Below are positions 9,310 to 19,705 of a stretch of DNA of 64,000 nucleotides, in pieces (positions within the stretch are counted from its first letter, which is position 1; each line of letters begins with the position of its first letter). This DNA is from an uncultured Myxococcales bacterium. GTDB lineage: Bacteria > Desulfobacterota > Binatia > UBA1149 > SPBQ01. Below the pieces are notes generated by a model that was not told the DNA's origin, did no database searches, and saw nothing but the letters and a program-made list of their open reading frames with translations. The position numbers were made by a program, and so were the translations under genes. The DNA lies in the NCBI GenBank assembly GCA_964555245.1, contig CAZKRI010000042.1, positions 2,567 through 66,566 of the forward strand. Direction: 5' to 3'.

Positions 9310-11639
9310 TCCTGCCGCGGCTTGGCGGGATCGTCGGGGCGTTCACGAAAGAGAATCCAAAGCGCGGCGGGCAGCGCGGTGAAGTCCGCGATCATCGACA
9401 GGACGAACGCCAGCGCCGAGAGCATGCCGAACTGGCGTATCGGCGGGAGGTCGGCGAGTCCGAAAGCCAGAAAGCCACCGGCGTTGATGAGTGTCGCGAA
9501 GCCGATCGCCCGCCCGGAGACCAGGAGCGTGTGCCGCAAGGCCTGTTCGACGCTGCCGCGCCGGCGCCCTTCGAGGAAGTGATAGAAGAAGTGGATCTGG
9601 TCGTTCTCGGAGGTGCCCAGCACCGTCGAGGCAATGAGAATCGTCGCGACGTTGAGCATCATCCCGCTGACGCGCATCACCCCGAACATCACCAGGATCG
9701 CGAAGATCGATGGAATCATCGCCATCAGCCGCGCGGTGCCGTTTCGGAAGATCAACAGAAACGTGCCGAAGATGATCACCACGGTGAGGGTGAAGCTCTC
9801 GGCGAGAGTCGGCACTAAGCTCTGTGCCATCTTTGCTTGCAGCGGTGCCAGCCCGACGACCTGCAGCTCGAGCTCATGCAGGGCGGGGTTTGCCGCGAGC
9901 GCGGACGACCAGCTCTCGCCGATCATGCCGCGAAGGCGCTCGTAGTCCTCGCCTTCGTTGCTCCGGCTGATGACCGTGAGCTGGGCCTGCGCCAGGCCCG
10001 GCGGATCTACGAAGCGACTGATTAACGGTTCATGCGCAGCGATCGCTTCCAGATCGCCCGCCACCTGATCGAGCGTTGCCGCGTCCGTCGGCCACGCGTC
10101 ACCCGCCCCACCGATGTAGCGCAGCATGCGGAGGATGGTCGTTGGACCGACGACGGCGCCGACGTCCGGTGCGGCCTCCAGCGCATGTTGAAAGTCGTAC
10201 AGCCCGGTGAGCACGTCGGGCTCTGACATGCTGCCGACGTCACCTTTGAGCCACACGTGCGTGACCGACAGTCCCGGGATGACCGGCGTGAGGCGGCGCA
10301 TGTCTTGATAGATCGGTGCGGCATGATCGATGTACTCGAGCGGCTCGGTCAGCAGTGGCATCGGAGTGACGACGCCCGGCAGCCCGAAGACGGCGACCAG
10401 GCCCGCCGCCGACAAACCGAGCGGCGCCACCACCAAGGGCCAGCGCCAGCGATAGGTGAAGCGCGGAAGGTTCGTCGCCAGATGCGTCAACCACGCCGCT
10501 GCACCGCGCTGCTCTTGCTCCGTCGGCGTGCGTAAAATCTTCTGCAGCGCGGGGAAGAGCGTGAACACCGTCACCCACGTCAGCGCCAGACCGACGGCCA
10601 CCCACAGGCCCATCTCGCGAATGATGCGAAGGTTGGAGATCCCGAGTGCCGCGAAGCCGGCCGCGGTCGCAAAGATCGACGCCGTGCAAGGTACGAACTT
10701 GTTGGTGAGCGTGAACAACTGGTGGGCGTCGACCGCGCGATCGGCGGGACGCTCGACGAAGCGCGATTGCAGGTAGACCAAGGTGGCGCTTGCCGTCACC
10801 AGGACGGTCATCGGCACCATGGGCGAGACGAGCGTGAACGTGCCACCGGTCAGACCGATGTAGCCAACGCACAGGGCCAAACACATGGCGAGGGTGAGCA
10901 CGAATGCGACGAGCGTGCGGAACGATCGGTACAGGGCGATCGTGAGGGCGATCACGAACAGGCCGAAGAGCACGAAGTAGAGCGGTGCCGAGCGCTGCGC
11001 GTCGTCGAGGTAGACATTGACGAAGGACTGGCCGAGCCGGCTGATGTGCCGCACAGGCCCCAGATCGGCCGCAACGGTCGCCAGCGCCCGATCAATGGCG
11101 GCAACCGTCTCCTGGCGTTCCAGACTACCGCGGACATCGAGCACGAGACCGATCGCGAGATAGTGCGCCCCGAACAGCCCCTGGCGCCGAAACAGATCGG
11201 TCCCGGTGGCAAAGTCACGCAAGCGGGCGACCTGATCGCCCGTGGGCTCGAAGCCGGCCCTCGCGCGGCGATAGACCGACAGCAACGAGTTCGTTGTCAG
11301 CCGCGGAATGCCCTGCAAGGCGCGTTCGATGCGGTCGACCCGTTCGACCACAGCTGCGTCGAACGGGTCATCGGCCTCGGCCAGCAGCAACGCAAACTCG
11401 CCGGCGCCGAATGTCTCCTCGAACGCCCGCGTAGCGACGTAGTCTGGGTCGCTGTGCGCCAACAACCGGTCGATCGAGTTGTCCTGCCCGACCTGCGCGG
11501 CATAGTACGCGCTGGGCGGCAACAGCAGCGCGTAGACGACGATCACGTACCAGCGCCACGCGATGACCCTGGCGAACGCGCGCGCCAGCCACGGCGGATC
11601 GTACAACCCACCCTCCCCCCGCTCGAATGGTCGCGCCAT
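9303..11639 (-). CDS. MMPL/RND-superfamily exporter
   Basis: 778 aa. Two 6-TM bundles, each followed by a large periplasmic loop: typical MMPL/RND topology. Confidence 0.75.
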   Translation of the reverse strand: MARPFERGEGGLYDPPWLARAFARVIAWRWYVIVVYALLLPPSAYYAAQVGQDNSIDRLLAHSDPDYVATRAFEETFGAGEFALLLAEADDPFDAAVVERVDRIERALQGIPRLTTNSLLSVYRRARAGFEPTGDQVARLRDFATGTDLFRRQGLFGAHYLAIGLVLDVRGSLERQETVAAIDRALATVAADLGPVRHISRLGQSFVNVYLDDAQRSAPLYFVLFGLFVIALTIALYRSFRTLVAFVLTLAMCLALCVGYIGLTGGTFTLVSPMVPMTVLVTASATLVYLQSRFVERPADRAVDAHQLFTLTNKFVPCTASIFATAAGFAALGISNLRIIREMGLWVAVGLALTWVTVFTLFPALQKILRTPTEQEQRGAAAWLTHLATNLPRFTYRWRWPLVVAPLGLSAAGLVAVFGLPGVVTPMPLLTEPLEYIDHAAPIYQDMRRLTPVIPGLSVTHVWLKGDVGSMSEPDVLTGLYDFQHALEAAPDVGAVVGPTTILRMLRYIGGAGDAWPTDAATLDQVAGDLEAIAAHEPLISRFVDPPGLAQAQLTVISRSNEGEDYERLRGMIGESWSSALAANPALHELELQVVGLAPLQAKMAQSLVPTLAESFTLTVVIIFGTFLLIFRNGTARLMAMIPSIFAILVMFGVMRVSGMMLNVATILIASTVLGTSENDQIHFFYHFLEGRRRGSVEQALRHTLLVSGRAIGFATLINAGGFLAFGLADLPPIRQFGMLSALAFVLSMIADFTALPAALWILFRERPDDPAKPRQDQ

Positions 11640-11740
11640 CCAGTGCAGTTATCATGGGCGCCGGCCTTCGAGTAGTCGCAAGACCTGGCGGGAGTTGCTC
11701 GAAATCCTCGCGCTGCAAAAGCGTCTGATTGCATTCGTCC

Positions 11741-13060
11741 TCATGTCTCCAACATCCACTCCCAAGCGGTCCGCACCGTCACGAGGGCAGGCGCGTCGGG
11801 CTGGGCGGCGAGCACGTCGCTGCCAGTAAGCGTGAGCAACAGCGCCTCGGCGCGGCGATGCGCCGGCCGGGCGTCCGTCAACGCGCGGAACTCGCGTTCG
11901 CGCCCCCCCCCCTGGTCGGAAAGGTCGGCAGCGACTTGCATCAGCGTCCGGCGGCCCTCCGGGTCCGTGGCGAGAAAATCCACCTCGAACCCGCCAGGCG
12001 TGAACACGTAGCCGACTTCGCAACTTCGCCGCTGCAATTCGATGAGCACCGCCGTCGCTAGCGCGTGGCCGAGGTTCGCCTTGGCGCTGCGGTCGAAGGC
12101 CGGGATCAGCGCCGGATCTACGGGAAACACCTTGCGCGGATTCACCTGCCGCTGGCGCTCGGAACTGGTCGCCAGCGGCACGACGCGCACGAGGAACGCA
12201 TCTTCCAGGTGCGCCAGCATCTGGTGCAACGCGTCCTTGGCCACGGCCACGCCCTGCGAGCGCAGATCGTTGTAGAACTTGCTCACGCTGAAATAGCCCG
12301 CCGCCGCGCCGAGCAACTGCCGCACGAGCCGGCGCAACGCGACCAGGTTGGTGATGCGATGCCGCTCCAGCACGTCGCGAAAAATGCAGGTGTCCACGTA
12401 GCCCTGCAACAGCACCAACCGGTCGCGGGCCGTCAACCCCTGCGCCTCCGGAAATCCGCCCGCGGCGAGGTAATCGCCAAACGCGCGCTGCAGCCGCGAG
12501 CGCTGCGCCTTGGGCACGACCTTCGGGTCGGCCGGCGCCTCGATCCCGTGATGCCGGAGGTACTCGCGGAAGCTGAATGGGAAAATCACCGTCTCCGTCG
12601 CGCGCCCGCGCAGCGCCGTCGCCACCTCACGGCTCAACAACCGTGCCGACGAGCCGCTGACGAACACCTCGACTTTCTCCGTGTCCAGCACGCGACGAAT
12701 GAACGTCTCCCAACCGGGCACAGTCTGGATCTCGTCGAAGAAAAACGTCACCTGCCGGCGGTCACGGAACTGGGGGCAGTGCGAGAAGTATTCCTCCAGC
12801 ACCCAGCCCAGTTGCGTCACGGCCATCCCGGCGAGCCGCTCATTCTCGAAGCTGAAATACACCAGCGCTTCGCGCGGTGTGCCCGCCGCAAGCCGGTCGG
12901 CCAGGCATTGCAGCAGAAAGTACGTCTTGCCCGAACGCCGCATCCCGACCACCGCGTGCGCCTTGCGGGGAATGGCCGGCACATGCGCCTCGCGCCGCGT
13001 CGATGCCGGCGGCGCAAACGCCAGCGCATCGGCGATCTTTTGTCGGATCACATCACGCAT
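11741..13060 (-). CDS. AAA+ ATPase of the AAA_14/DUF4143 family (COG1373-like)
   Basis: 439 aa. Walker A GMRRSGKT, Walker B FFFDEIQ. C-terminal DUF4143-like region. Confidence 0.75.
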   Translation of the reverse strand: MRDVIRQKIADALAFAPPASTRREAHVPAIPRKAHAVVGMRRSGKTYFLLQCLADRLAAGTPREALVYFSFENERLAGMAVTQLGWVLEEYFSHCPQFRDRRQVTFFFDEIQTVPGWETFIRRVLDTEKVEVFVSGSSARLLSREVATALRGRATETVIFPFSFREYLRHHGIEAPADPKVVPKAQRSRLQRAFGDYLAAGGFPEAQGLTARDRLVLLQGYVDTCIFRDVLERHRITNLVALRRLVRQLLGAAAGYFSVSKFYNDLRSQGVAVAKDALHQMLAHLEDAFLVRVVPLATSSERQRQVNPRKVFPVDPALIPAFDRSAKANLGHALATAVLIELQRRSCEVGYVFTPGGFEVDFLATDPEGRRTLMQVAADLSDQGGGREREFRALTDARPAHRRAEALLLTLTGSDVLAAQPDAPALVTVRTAWEWMLET

Positions 13061-13547
13061 TTGTCCTCATATGGAGGCCAAATTTCCATGGAGTCGTCCT
13101 GATTAGAAGGACAATGTTGGAATCGCCGCCATGTGGCAGTCTCCCAACGCGGCGGCGATGAGGTTTCGTCTGCGGATGGCTCGCGTTCGAGGCTCTGACG
13201 AACGCGGGGCTCGGCGAGGCGAGGGATGCAGCCCACGCGCTCCAATTTCCAAGAATTCCGACGCTCCGGGTCCCGCTCGAACCATGGCGCGCCATAGATC
13301 CGTAGACACCCTTCCGCTGTCAGCACGGGCGGACTTCGTGCGCTTGCGCCCTCTCCGCCTTCGAGCGGCGAGGAAGCCTGCCGCTTCTCTATGTCGGAGC
13401 TTGGGCCGTGTGCAATCACCGCAGCGACAGACGCTGGTAAGCGGGGGTCTCCAGGCGGCGCGAGTCGTTCGCGCCAAATGGCCGCGGCGCGTGCACTGGC
13501 GGGCTCGCCTGTTTCCGAAATGACGTCAGGGCGAATAGAAGAAGACC

Positions 13548-14783
13548 ATGGTGACATCAACGAGCGACTTCTTCCGGCCCGACAATGATCGCGTCAGCGA
13601 GCTGGTCGCGAATATCGGACGCTGCGCCCCGCACGAGGCTGTCGAGATTCTCGCCCATGAGTCGGACGCAAGGATCGCGCGGACGCTCGAGGGAGCGAAC
13701 CCGTCCAATGCGGTGCGAATTCTCTGGAACTTCCCCGAGGCAAGGCGACAGGCGATTTTTGAGAAGGCGTCGCCCGAATGGCCGAGGCAGTGGGCCACGA
13801 ATCACGGCTTCCCCGAGGACACGATCGGTCGCCTGATGGCGCCGCCATTCGCCGAGTTCCCCGCTGAAATGACGGTGCGGGAGGCGATCGGCAGGCTGCG
13901 GGAGATCGTGAAGAAGGCGTTCGTCTCTTACGCCTTCGTGATCGACCGGGAGAGGAAACTCTTGGGGGTGCTCGTCTTTCGCGAGATGATGTTCGCAAAT
14001 CCGAGCCAGACGCTTTCCGAGGTGATGATCCGCGACCCCTTCTACCTCAAAGCGGCTACGCCGGTCATGGACGCGATGCGCGAGGTCCTGAAATGGCACC
14101 ACCCCTCATACCCCGTTTGTGACGACGCTGGGCACCTGGTCGGTATCATCCGCGGCCAGAACCTCTTCCAGCAGCAGGCGTTCGAGCTGAGTGCGCAGCC
14201 CGGGTCGATGGTCGGAGTGCAGAAGCAGGAGCGGCTGACGACCCCGTGGTGGACGAGCCTTCGCTTCCGCCATCCCTGGCTGCGGCTCAACCTGCTGACG
14301 GCCTTCGCGGCGGCCGCCGTCGTTGGTTTCTTCCAGCCCACGATCGACCGCGTCGTGGCCCTCGCGGTGTTCCTCCCGGTTCTGGCGGGACAGTCCGGCA
14401 ACACGGGCTGCCAAGCCCTCGCCGTGACGTTGCGCGGGATGACACTCGGCGAGCTGCAAACCGGCAAGGCAATGGGGCTGATCCTGAAGGAAGCCTGGCT
14501 CGGGTTCCTGAACGGCGCGCTCGTCGGGGTGACCGCTGGCCTGGCGATGCTTGTCTACGCGTTGTCCGAGAACCTCGCTTCCGCCTGGACCCTCGGGTCC
14601 GTCGTTGCGATTGCGATGACGGGCGCCTGTGTCGCAAGCGGGGTCTCGGGCGTTGTGGTCCCGGTTGCGCTGCGCAGGCTGGGGTTCGATCCGGCGACCG
14701 CCTCCAGCATCTTCCTGACGACGGCTACCGACTGCACGAGCATTGGGCTGTTTCTGGGTCTTGCTACGCTCCTCGTCGGCTGA
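13548..14783 (+). CDS. mgtE: magnesium transporter MgtE
   Basis: 411 aa. MgtE N-domain, tandem CBS region and a C-terminal 5-TM domain (PVLAGQSGNTGCQALAVTLRG). Confidence 0.88.
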   Translation: MVTSTSDFFRPDNDRVSELVANIGRCAPHEAVEILAHESDARIARTLEGANPSNAVRILWNFPEARRQAIFEKASPEWPRQWATNHGFPEDTIGRLMAPPFAEFPAEMTVREAIGRLREIVKKAFVSYAFVIDRERKLLGVLVFREMMFANPSQTLSEVMIRDPFYLKAATPVMDAMREVLKWHHPSYPVCDDAGHLVGIIRGQNLFQQQAFELSAQPGSMVGVQKQERLTTPWWTSLRFRHPWLRLNLLTAFAAAAVVGFFQPTIDRVVALAVFLPVLAGQSGNTGCQALAVTLRGMTLGELQTGKAMGLILKEAWLGFLNGALVGVTAGLAMLVYALSENLASAWTLGSVVAIAMTGACVASGVSGVVVPVALRRLGFDPATASSIFLTTATDCTSIGLFLGLATLLVG

Positions 14784-14842
14784 CACGACGGGCGCAGCGG
14801 ATCATTCGTTGGCACGGCGGGGTCAAAGGCCCAGCTCGGCCG

Positions 14843-16498
14843 CTAGCGCGAACCGAGCCGCTCCGCGAGCCGCTTGCCGAGGCGCTCGAGCGCCCTGGAG
14901 CGGTCCATCTTGTCGAGATGCACGTTGAGGATCGAGAACGAGGCCGTGTTGGCACGTGCGCGCGCGAGCGCTTCCTCGAGCTCGCCCTCGGTGCGCACCT
15001 CGCAGCCCCAGCCCTTGCGCAGGATCTCGGGCAGCAGGTGATAGGCCCAGTCGTGGATGTCGTTGTACGGGCCCTCTTGGATGAAACGCTCGGTGGTGTA
15101 GCCCTTGTTATTGAGCACGAACACGATCGGATTCAGATCGAGCCGGGCCGCCGTCGACAGCTCCTGTCCCGTCATCTGGAAGGCGCCGTCGCCGACGAGG
15201 ACGATCGGACGCGCGCTTCGGTCGTGCACCTGTGCGCCGACCGCAGCCGGCACCGCGAAACCCATCGAGGTGTAGTAGGCGGGACTGAGGAACTCGGTCC
15301 GGTGCCGAATGGTCAGGTCGGCGGCGCCGAACAGCGAGTCGCCGATGTCGGCGATGACCACGTCCCGGTCTTCGAGGAAGGTGTCGAGGCGCTCGAAGAA
15401 GCGGCGCACGGTGGTCGGTTTGGAGGCGCGCGGCGTGAACGGCCGGGTCGCGGCGGCCGCCGCCGCCGCACTGGCAACCCGCCGGATCCTGCGCGTGCCG
15501 AGATCGGCCTGCATCAGGCCCTCGATGAAATCGCCGAGCACGACGTCGTCGAAGTGGTGGCGCTTGATCGATGCCTTCTCGGAGTTGACGTTGATCGTGC
15601 GATCGATGTCGAGGTGGGCAGTGTAGACGCCGAGGTTGATGTCGGTCATGAAGGCACCGAGGATCAGCACGCAGTCGGCGCCTTCGACCGTCCGACGCAC
15701 GTTCTCGCGTCCCATCGCGCCCTCGTAGACACCGAGGTACTGCGGGTGCAGCTCGGTGATCACCGATTTGCCGAGGATCGTGGCTGCCACGGGGTACCCG
15801 GTGCGCTCGACAAGGCGGACAAGCGCCTCCTGCAGACCGAAACGGTGGATCTCGACGCCCGCCAGGATCACCGGCCGGCGCGCCTTGCGCAGCATCGCCG
15901 TGGCCTCGTCCAGGCATTCACGCAGCACATCCGCGTCGCTGACCGGAGCCGCAATGTGGAACTCGCCCGGGGCCGCGCAGGGGGCATCGACCATGTCGCG
16001 CGGGATCTCCAGGAACACCGGACGCTTGTGACGCATGCAGGCGCGCAAGCACTCGTCGATCTCGTTCGGCGCGGTGCGCGCATCCTCGAGCGAAACGGCG
16101 GCCACGGTTACCTTCTCGAAGATCTGCCGCTGGGTCTGGAAGTCGCGGACCTTGTGGTGAAGCAGCGGGGAGTGGGCACGCTCGCCGAGGCCGGGTGCGC
16201 CGCTGATGACGACGAGCGGGGATTTCTCGGCGTACGCCCCGGCCACCGCGTTGAGCGCGTTGAGGCCGCCCACGCAGTACGTGACGCAGAGCGCACCGAG
16301 GCCGCTCACGCGCGCGTAGGCGTCGGCCGCGAAGCCGGCGCCGGCTTCGGTGCAGGTGCCGATGACCTCGAGCTTGCTGGCCTCCAGGAGGTCATAGAAG
16401 CGCAGCACGTAGTCGCCGGGAATGCCGAAGACGTGGCCGAGCCCGGTCTGCTCGAGACGCTGGACGAGATAGCGACCGATCGTGCTCGTGTGGCTCAT
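14843..16498 (-). CDS. thiamine-diphosphate-dependent 2-keto-acid decarboxylase (indolepyruvate/pyruvate decarboxylase family)
   Basis: 551 aa. N-terminus YLVQRLEQTGLGHVFGIPGDY. TPP-binding GDGAFQMTGQE...NN motif. Pyr/central/PP domain order. Confidence 0.88.
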   Translation of the reverse strand: MSHTSTIGRYLVQRLEQTGLGHVFGIPGDYVLRFYDLLEASKLEVIGTCTEAGAGFAADAYARVSGLGALCVTYCVGGLNALNAVAGAYAEKSPLVVISGAPGLGERAHSPLLHHKVRDFQTQRQIFEKVTVAAVSLEDARTAPNEIDECLRACMRHKRPVFLEIPRDMVDAPCAAPGEFHIAAPVSDADVLRECLDEATAMLRKARRPVILAGVEIHRFGLQEALVRLVERTGYPVAATILGKSVITELHPQYLGVYEGAMGRENVRRTVEGADCVLILGAFMTDINLGVYTAHLDIDRTINVNSEKASIKRHHFDDVVLGDFIEGLMQADLGTRRIRRVASAAAAAAATRPFTPRASKPTTVRRFFERLDTFLEDRDVVIADIGDSLFGAADLTIRHRTEFLSPAYYTSMGFAVPAAVGAQVHDRSARPIVLVGDGAFQMTGQELSTAARLDLNPIVFVLNNKGYTTERFIQEGPYNDIHDWAYHLLPEILRKGWGCEVRTEGELEEALARARANTASFSILNVHLDKMDRSRALERLGKRLAERLGSR

Positions 16499-16712
16499 CG
16501 CGGCTCGCTCCCTTCGCGCCAGCCGCGACCCTAGCGGGTTTCGCTGGCCGCGTCAGTCACCGCGCGAGCATAGGCATCTAGCGCTATTTCGCCAACTCGA
16601 ACATGGAACGAGGAATCGGATTCCGTCCACGCCTGGAGCAGGAGCTCGACGGACGGAGTCTCGAGATGAACGTTGCCTGACACAGTTCGTCTCCCTGTGA
16701 CATGCTGCCGCC

Positions 16713-17552
16713 GTGCGCGAGAGCGATGCGTTGCTGCGCGGAGGCCTGAGCGAAGCTGAGGCCAATCGCATCGTCGTGCTGCTTGCGTCGATGGGAATCG
16801 CGTCGGCAGTGGATGCCGATGGGCACGGAGGGCTCGCCATCTACGTCTCAGGTGCGAACTTGGACGCGGCGAGGCGCTTGCTCGCCGAAGAGCTTCACGC
16901 GTGCGGTGCACCCGAGGCGCCGCTCGACGCCGCCGGGCTTGCTGCGCCCAAAGCATGGTTTGGCCGCGGCAGCGTAGCCGTGCTCGCGCTGGTGGCTGCG
17001 TGCGTAGCGGTGTTCGTGCTCGCGACGCTCGATGAGGACGCGGGCTCGCGCTCGCGGATGCTCGAGCTCGGAGCGATCGACCGTGCACGCGTCGCCGCCG
17101 GCGAACACTGGCGCTTTTTGACGGCGATCTTCCTCCACTTCGACATCGGTCACTTGCTCGCGAATCTCTTGGTGCTGATCGTCGTCGGCCCGCCGCTCGC
17201 GCATCTGATCGGTCCCTGGCTCCTCCTGCTCGTGTTTCTCGCGAGCGGAGTCGGGGGCAACGTCGTCAGCTACCTCGTCACGCCGGCGGCAGGGCTCAAA
17301 GCCGGTGCTTCGGGCGCGATCGCCGGCGTGCTCGGCGCGCTCGGAGGCCAGGCGCTTCGGCCGAGTCGCCCGCAGCGGCGCAAGTGGTGGCAGACCCTCG
17401 GGGCGTTGGCCGCGCTCTACGGCTTACTCATCGGCTTCAGTCCGCGCAGCGATCACGTAGCGCACGTCGCCGGCCTGCTCGTCGGCCTCGCGCTCGGCCG
17501 GTGGCTCCGGCCGGCGAGAAACTCTTCCGTCAAGGCTGTGAGACACGGATGA
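16713..17552 (+). CDS. rhomboid-family intramembrane serine protease
   Basis: 279 aa. Catalytic Ser in GASGAIAGVLGA and catalytic His in AHVAGLLVGL. Multi-TM. Confidence 0.85.
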   Translation: MRESDALLRGGLSEAEANRIVVLLASMGIASAVDADGHGGLAIYVSGANLDAARRLLAEELHACGAPEAPLDAAGLAAPKAWFGRGSVAVLALVAACVAVFVLATLDEDAGSRSRMLELGAIDRARVAAGEHWRFLTAIFLHFDIGHLLANLLVLIVVGPPLAHLIGPWLLLLVFLASGVGGNVVSYLVTPAAGLKAGASGAIAGVLGALGGQALRPSRPQRRKWWQTLGALAALYGLLIGFSPRSDHVAHVAGLLVGLALGRWLRPARNSSVKAVRHG

Positions 17553-17596
17553 TCACCGGAGGTGGACGCGTTGCTTAGAAAAAGCTCTGATCCGCG

Positions 17597-17700
17597 GTGA
17601 CGCCGCGCATTCAGTACGTCACCACGCCCGACGGCGTCCGCATCGGCTACGCCACCTTTGGCGAGGGTGACGGGGTGCCGCTCGTCGTGTTGCGTCCCAG
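17597..17700 (+). pseudogene. N-terminal remnant of an alpha/beta-hydrolase gene
   Basis: MTPRIQYVTTPDGVRIGYATFGEGDGVPLVVL is a textbook alpha/beta-hydrolase N-terminus. The frame then degenerates into nonsense and stops well before any nucleophile elbow. Confidence 0.55.
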
Positions 17701-17760
17701 GCGGTGCGGTTTTGTGTGCGGGTGGTATTCAGCGTTGTATGTCTGCTCCGTCTGCTTAGT

Positions 17761-18747
17761 TCAAAAAGTAGCGACCCGTTGGATGACCCAGAACATCGCG
17801 ACACTGCCGATGACGTAAGGCGGAACGAGTTGTGCCCACCGTGGTGTGGCAATCTTCGCGCGCTGCGCGAACGCGACCAGCGACAGCACAACGACGATGA
17901 AGAGTAACTGGCCCAGTTCGACGCCGACGTTGAAAAACAGCAGCGCCAGCGGAATGTCGCCCTGCGGCAATCCAAATTCGCTCAACGCTCCCGCGAAACC
18001 CAGCCCGTGCAGCAAGCCGAATGTCAGCGCCACGACCCACGGCGCGCGTCCGGTGATGCTCTCGGACCCCTGTCGGCCACGCACAATCTCCGCTGCGACG
18101 AACACGATGCTGAGCGCGATGACCGCCTCGACGGGCTGCTGCGGGACGTGCACAAAGCCGAGCGTCGCGGCCGTGAGCGTGACGCTGTGCGCGATAGTGA
18201 ACGCGGTGACGGTCTTCACCAACCTCCAGCCGCCGCGCGCGACGATGATCAGGGCGAGCACGAACAGCAGATGATCTACACCGGTCAGAATGTGCTCGAC
18301 ACCGAGATCGAGGTAGGTCAGGGCCACCGAGCCGCCGCTCGGCCGTTCGGGAATCGTCACCTGCGGTGCCTGCGGTGTCAGCCGCTCGACCCAGGTCGTG
18401 CCGTCGGCGAACTCGATCCGCACCAGGGCGTCGGTCATCGTCGCCTCGAGCCCTTCGATGCGCAGCGATCGGCCGCGCAGCGGCTCGAGCAGGCGCAGCC
18501 GCCAGGCCTGAACCGCAGCCGTACCCGTCCGCCGCGTCGCCATCGGCGCGAGCTCCTCGCTCACGCCCGAGAGCACCGGCGCGAGCGCGAGCCGCATTTC
18601 GCCCACCATCGGCGTTTTCCAGAGCACCTCGAGCTCGCCCGCCGGCGCCTCGCGCAGCTCGAGATAGGCCGGCCGGACCTCGTGAGCGAGTGCCGGCGCG
18701 GAGAGGCCCGCGAGCACGAGGAGAGCGCCTAGGCTACGCGCCCTCAC
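17761..18747 (-). CDS. HupE/UreJ-family metal-transporter-like membrane protein with a periplasmic N-terminal extension
   Basis: 328 aa. Signal peptide. HupE/UreJ signature GVEHILTGVDHLLFVLALIIVA and following TM helices. Confidence 0.7.
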   Translation of the reverse strand: MRARSLGALLVLAGLSAPALAHEVRPAYLELREAPAGELEVLWKTPMVGEMRLALAPVLSGVSEELAPMATRRTGTAAVQAWRLRLLEPLRGRSLRIEGLEATMTDALVRIEFADGTTWVERLTPQAPQVTIPERPSGGSVALTYLDLGVEHILTGVDHLLFVLALIIVARGGWRLVKTVTAFTIAHSVTLTAATLGFVHVPQQPVEAVIALSIVFVAAEIVRGRQGSESITGRAPWVVALTFGLLHGLGFAGALSEFGLPQGDIPLALLFFNVGVELGQLLFIVVVLSLVAFAQRAKIATPRWAQLVPPYVIGSVAMFWVIQRVATF

Positions 18748-19634
18748 TTCGCCTCAGCGCGCACCGCGACGAGCGCCGGGCCGAGCAGTGCCTGAACGCT
18801 CGCGGCCACCTGGACGTCGTACTTCCGCAGCAGGCCGGCGAAGTAGACCTCTTTCGCCTTCGCCTCGCGCTCGCGCCGCCACTCGGCGACGAGCTCGGTG
18901 CGCGCTTCTTCGAAAGACCGCGGCCGTGTCTCCTGACGCGCGGTGACGCGGACGAGGTGCAGGCCGAACCCCGACTCGATCGGCCCTTGCCACGCACCCG
19001 GCGCGAGCGCGGCGACGGCGCGCGCGAACTCGGCGCCGAACTGGCTCGAGATCGCCTGTTCGTCGGCGTCCACCAGCTCGCCCGGCAGGAGTGAGCGGTC
19101 GCCCAGATCCTCGATGTCCCCCGTCGCGCTGCTGTGATCCAGTCGTGCCCGAGTCTGGCGCGCATCTTCCGAAGCCCGCTCGCCGCGCTTCTCCGGGCTG
19201 AAGTAAATCTGGACGAAGCTTGACCGGGCCGGCGTCTCGAACCGCACGCGCTGCAAGTCGTAGAGGGCGCGCAGCTCGGCTTCGGTGGGCTCCGCGAGCC
19301 GCGTTGTGTCCTCGAGAAAAAAGGTCATCTTCTGTGCCAACCGGCGGCGAACGACGGTGTCGTCGCGGTCGAGCTCGAGCGAGCGCGCCTCACGCGCCAG
19401 GAGCTCCTCGCGCAGGTAGTCCGCGACCAGGCCTTGCAGCTCGTTATGGGTCGGCGCGCGTTGCCACTGCCGCGTCCAGGTCTCCGCGAGCCACGCCACC
19501 TCGCTCTCGGTGATCCGGACGGTTCGCACCGCACTGCCCGCGCCGGTGTCGCCTCGGTTCAGCCAAGCGTAGGCGCCGAACAGCAGACCGCCTGCGAGCG
19601 CGAAGTGAAGGAGCGGTTCTCGAAGCAGTTTCAT
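18744..19634 (-). CDS. PpiC/parvulin-type peptidyl-prolyl cis-trans isomerase (SurA/PpiD-like), membrane-anchored
   Basis: 296 aa. N-terminal TM anchor. Parvulin-like domain (FGLHLVRVTARQ). 4-bp overlap with the downstream HupE gene. Confidence 0.65.
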   Translation of the reverse strand: MKLLREPLLHFALAGGLLFGAYAWLNRGDTGAGSAVRTVRITESEVAWLAETWTRQWQRAPTHNELQGLVADYLREELLAREARSLELDRDDTVVRRRLAQKMTFFLEDTTRLAEPTEAELRALYDLQRVRFETPARSSFVQIYFSPEKRGERASEDARQTRARLDHSSATGDIEDLGDRSLLPGELVDADEQAISSQFGAEFARAVAALAPGAWQGPIESGFGLHLVRVTARQETRPRSFEEARTELVAEWRREREAKAKEVYFAGLLRKYDVQVAASVQALLGPALVAVRAEAK

Positions 19635-19705
19635 GATGGACTTGCGGGGCCGGTTGCAAGCGGTCGGCGTCGACGCTCGTACCCCGGCTGGATCCGTCGT
19701 TCAGC

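Noticed and set aside
14246-16534. 762-aa plus-strand ORF
   Set aside because: Overlaps the 3' end of mgtE and lies antisense to the TPP decarboxylase. The translation is repetitive RG/RR-rich nonsense.
16531-17088. 185-aa minus-strand ORF and neighbours around the rhomboid gene
   Set aside because: Antisense to, or overlapping, the rhomboid CDS. No motifs.
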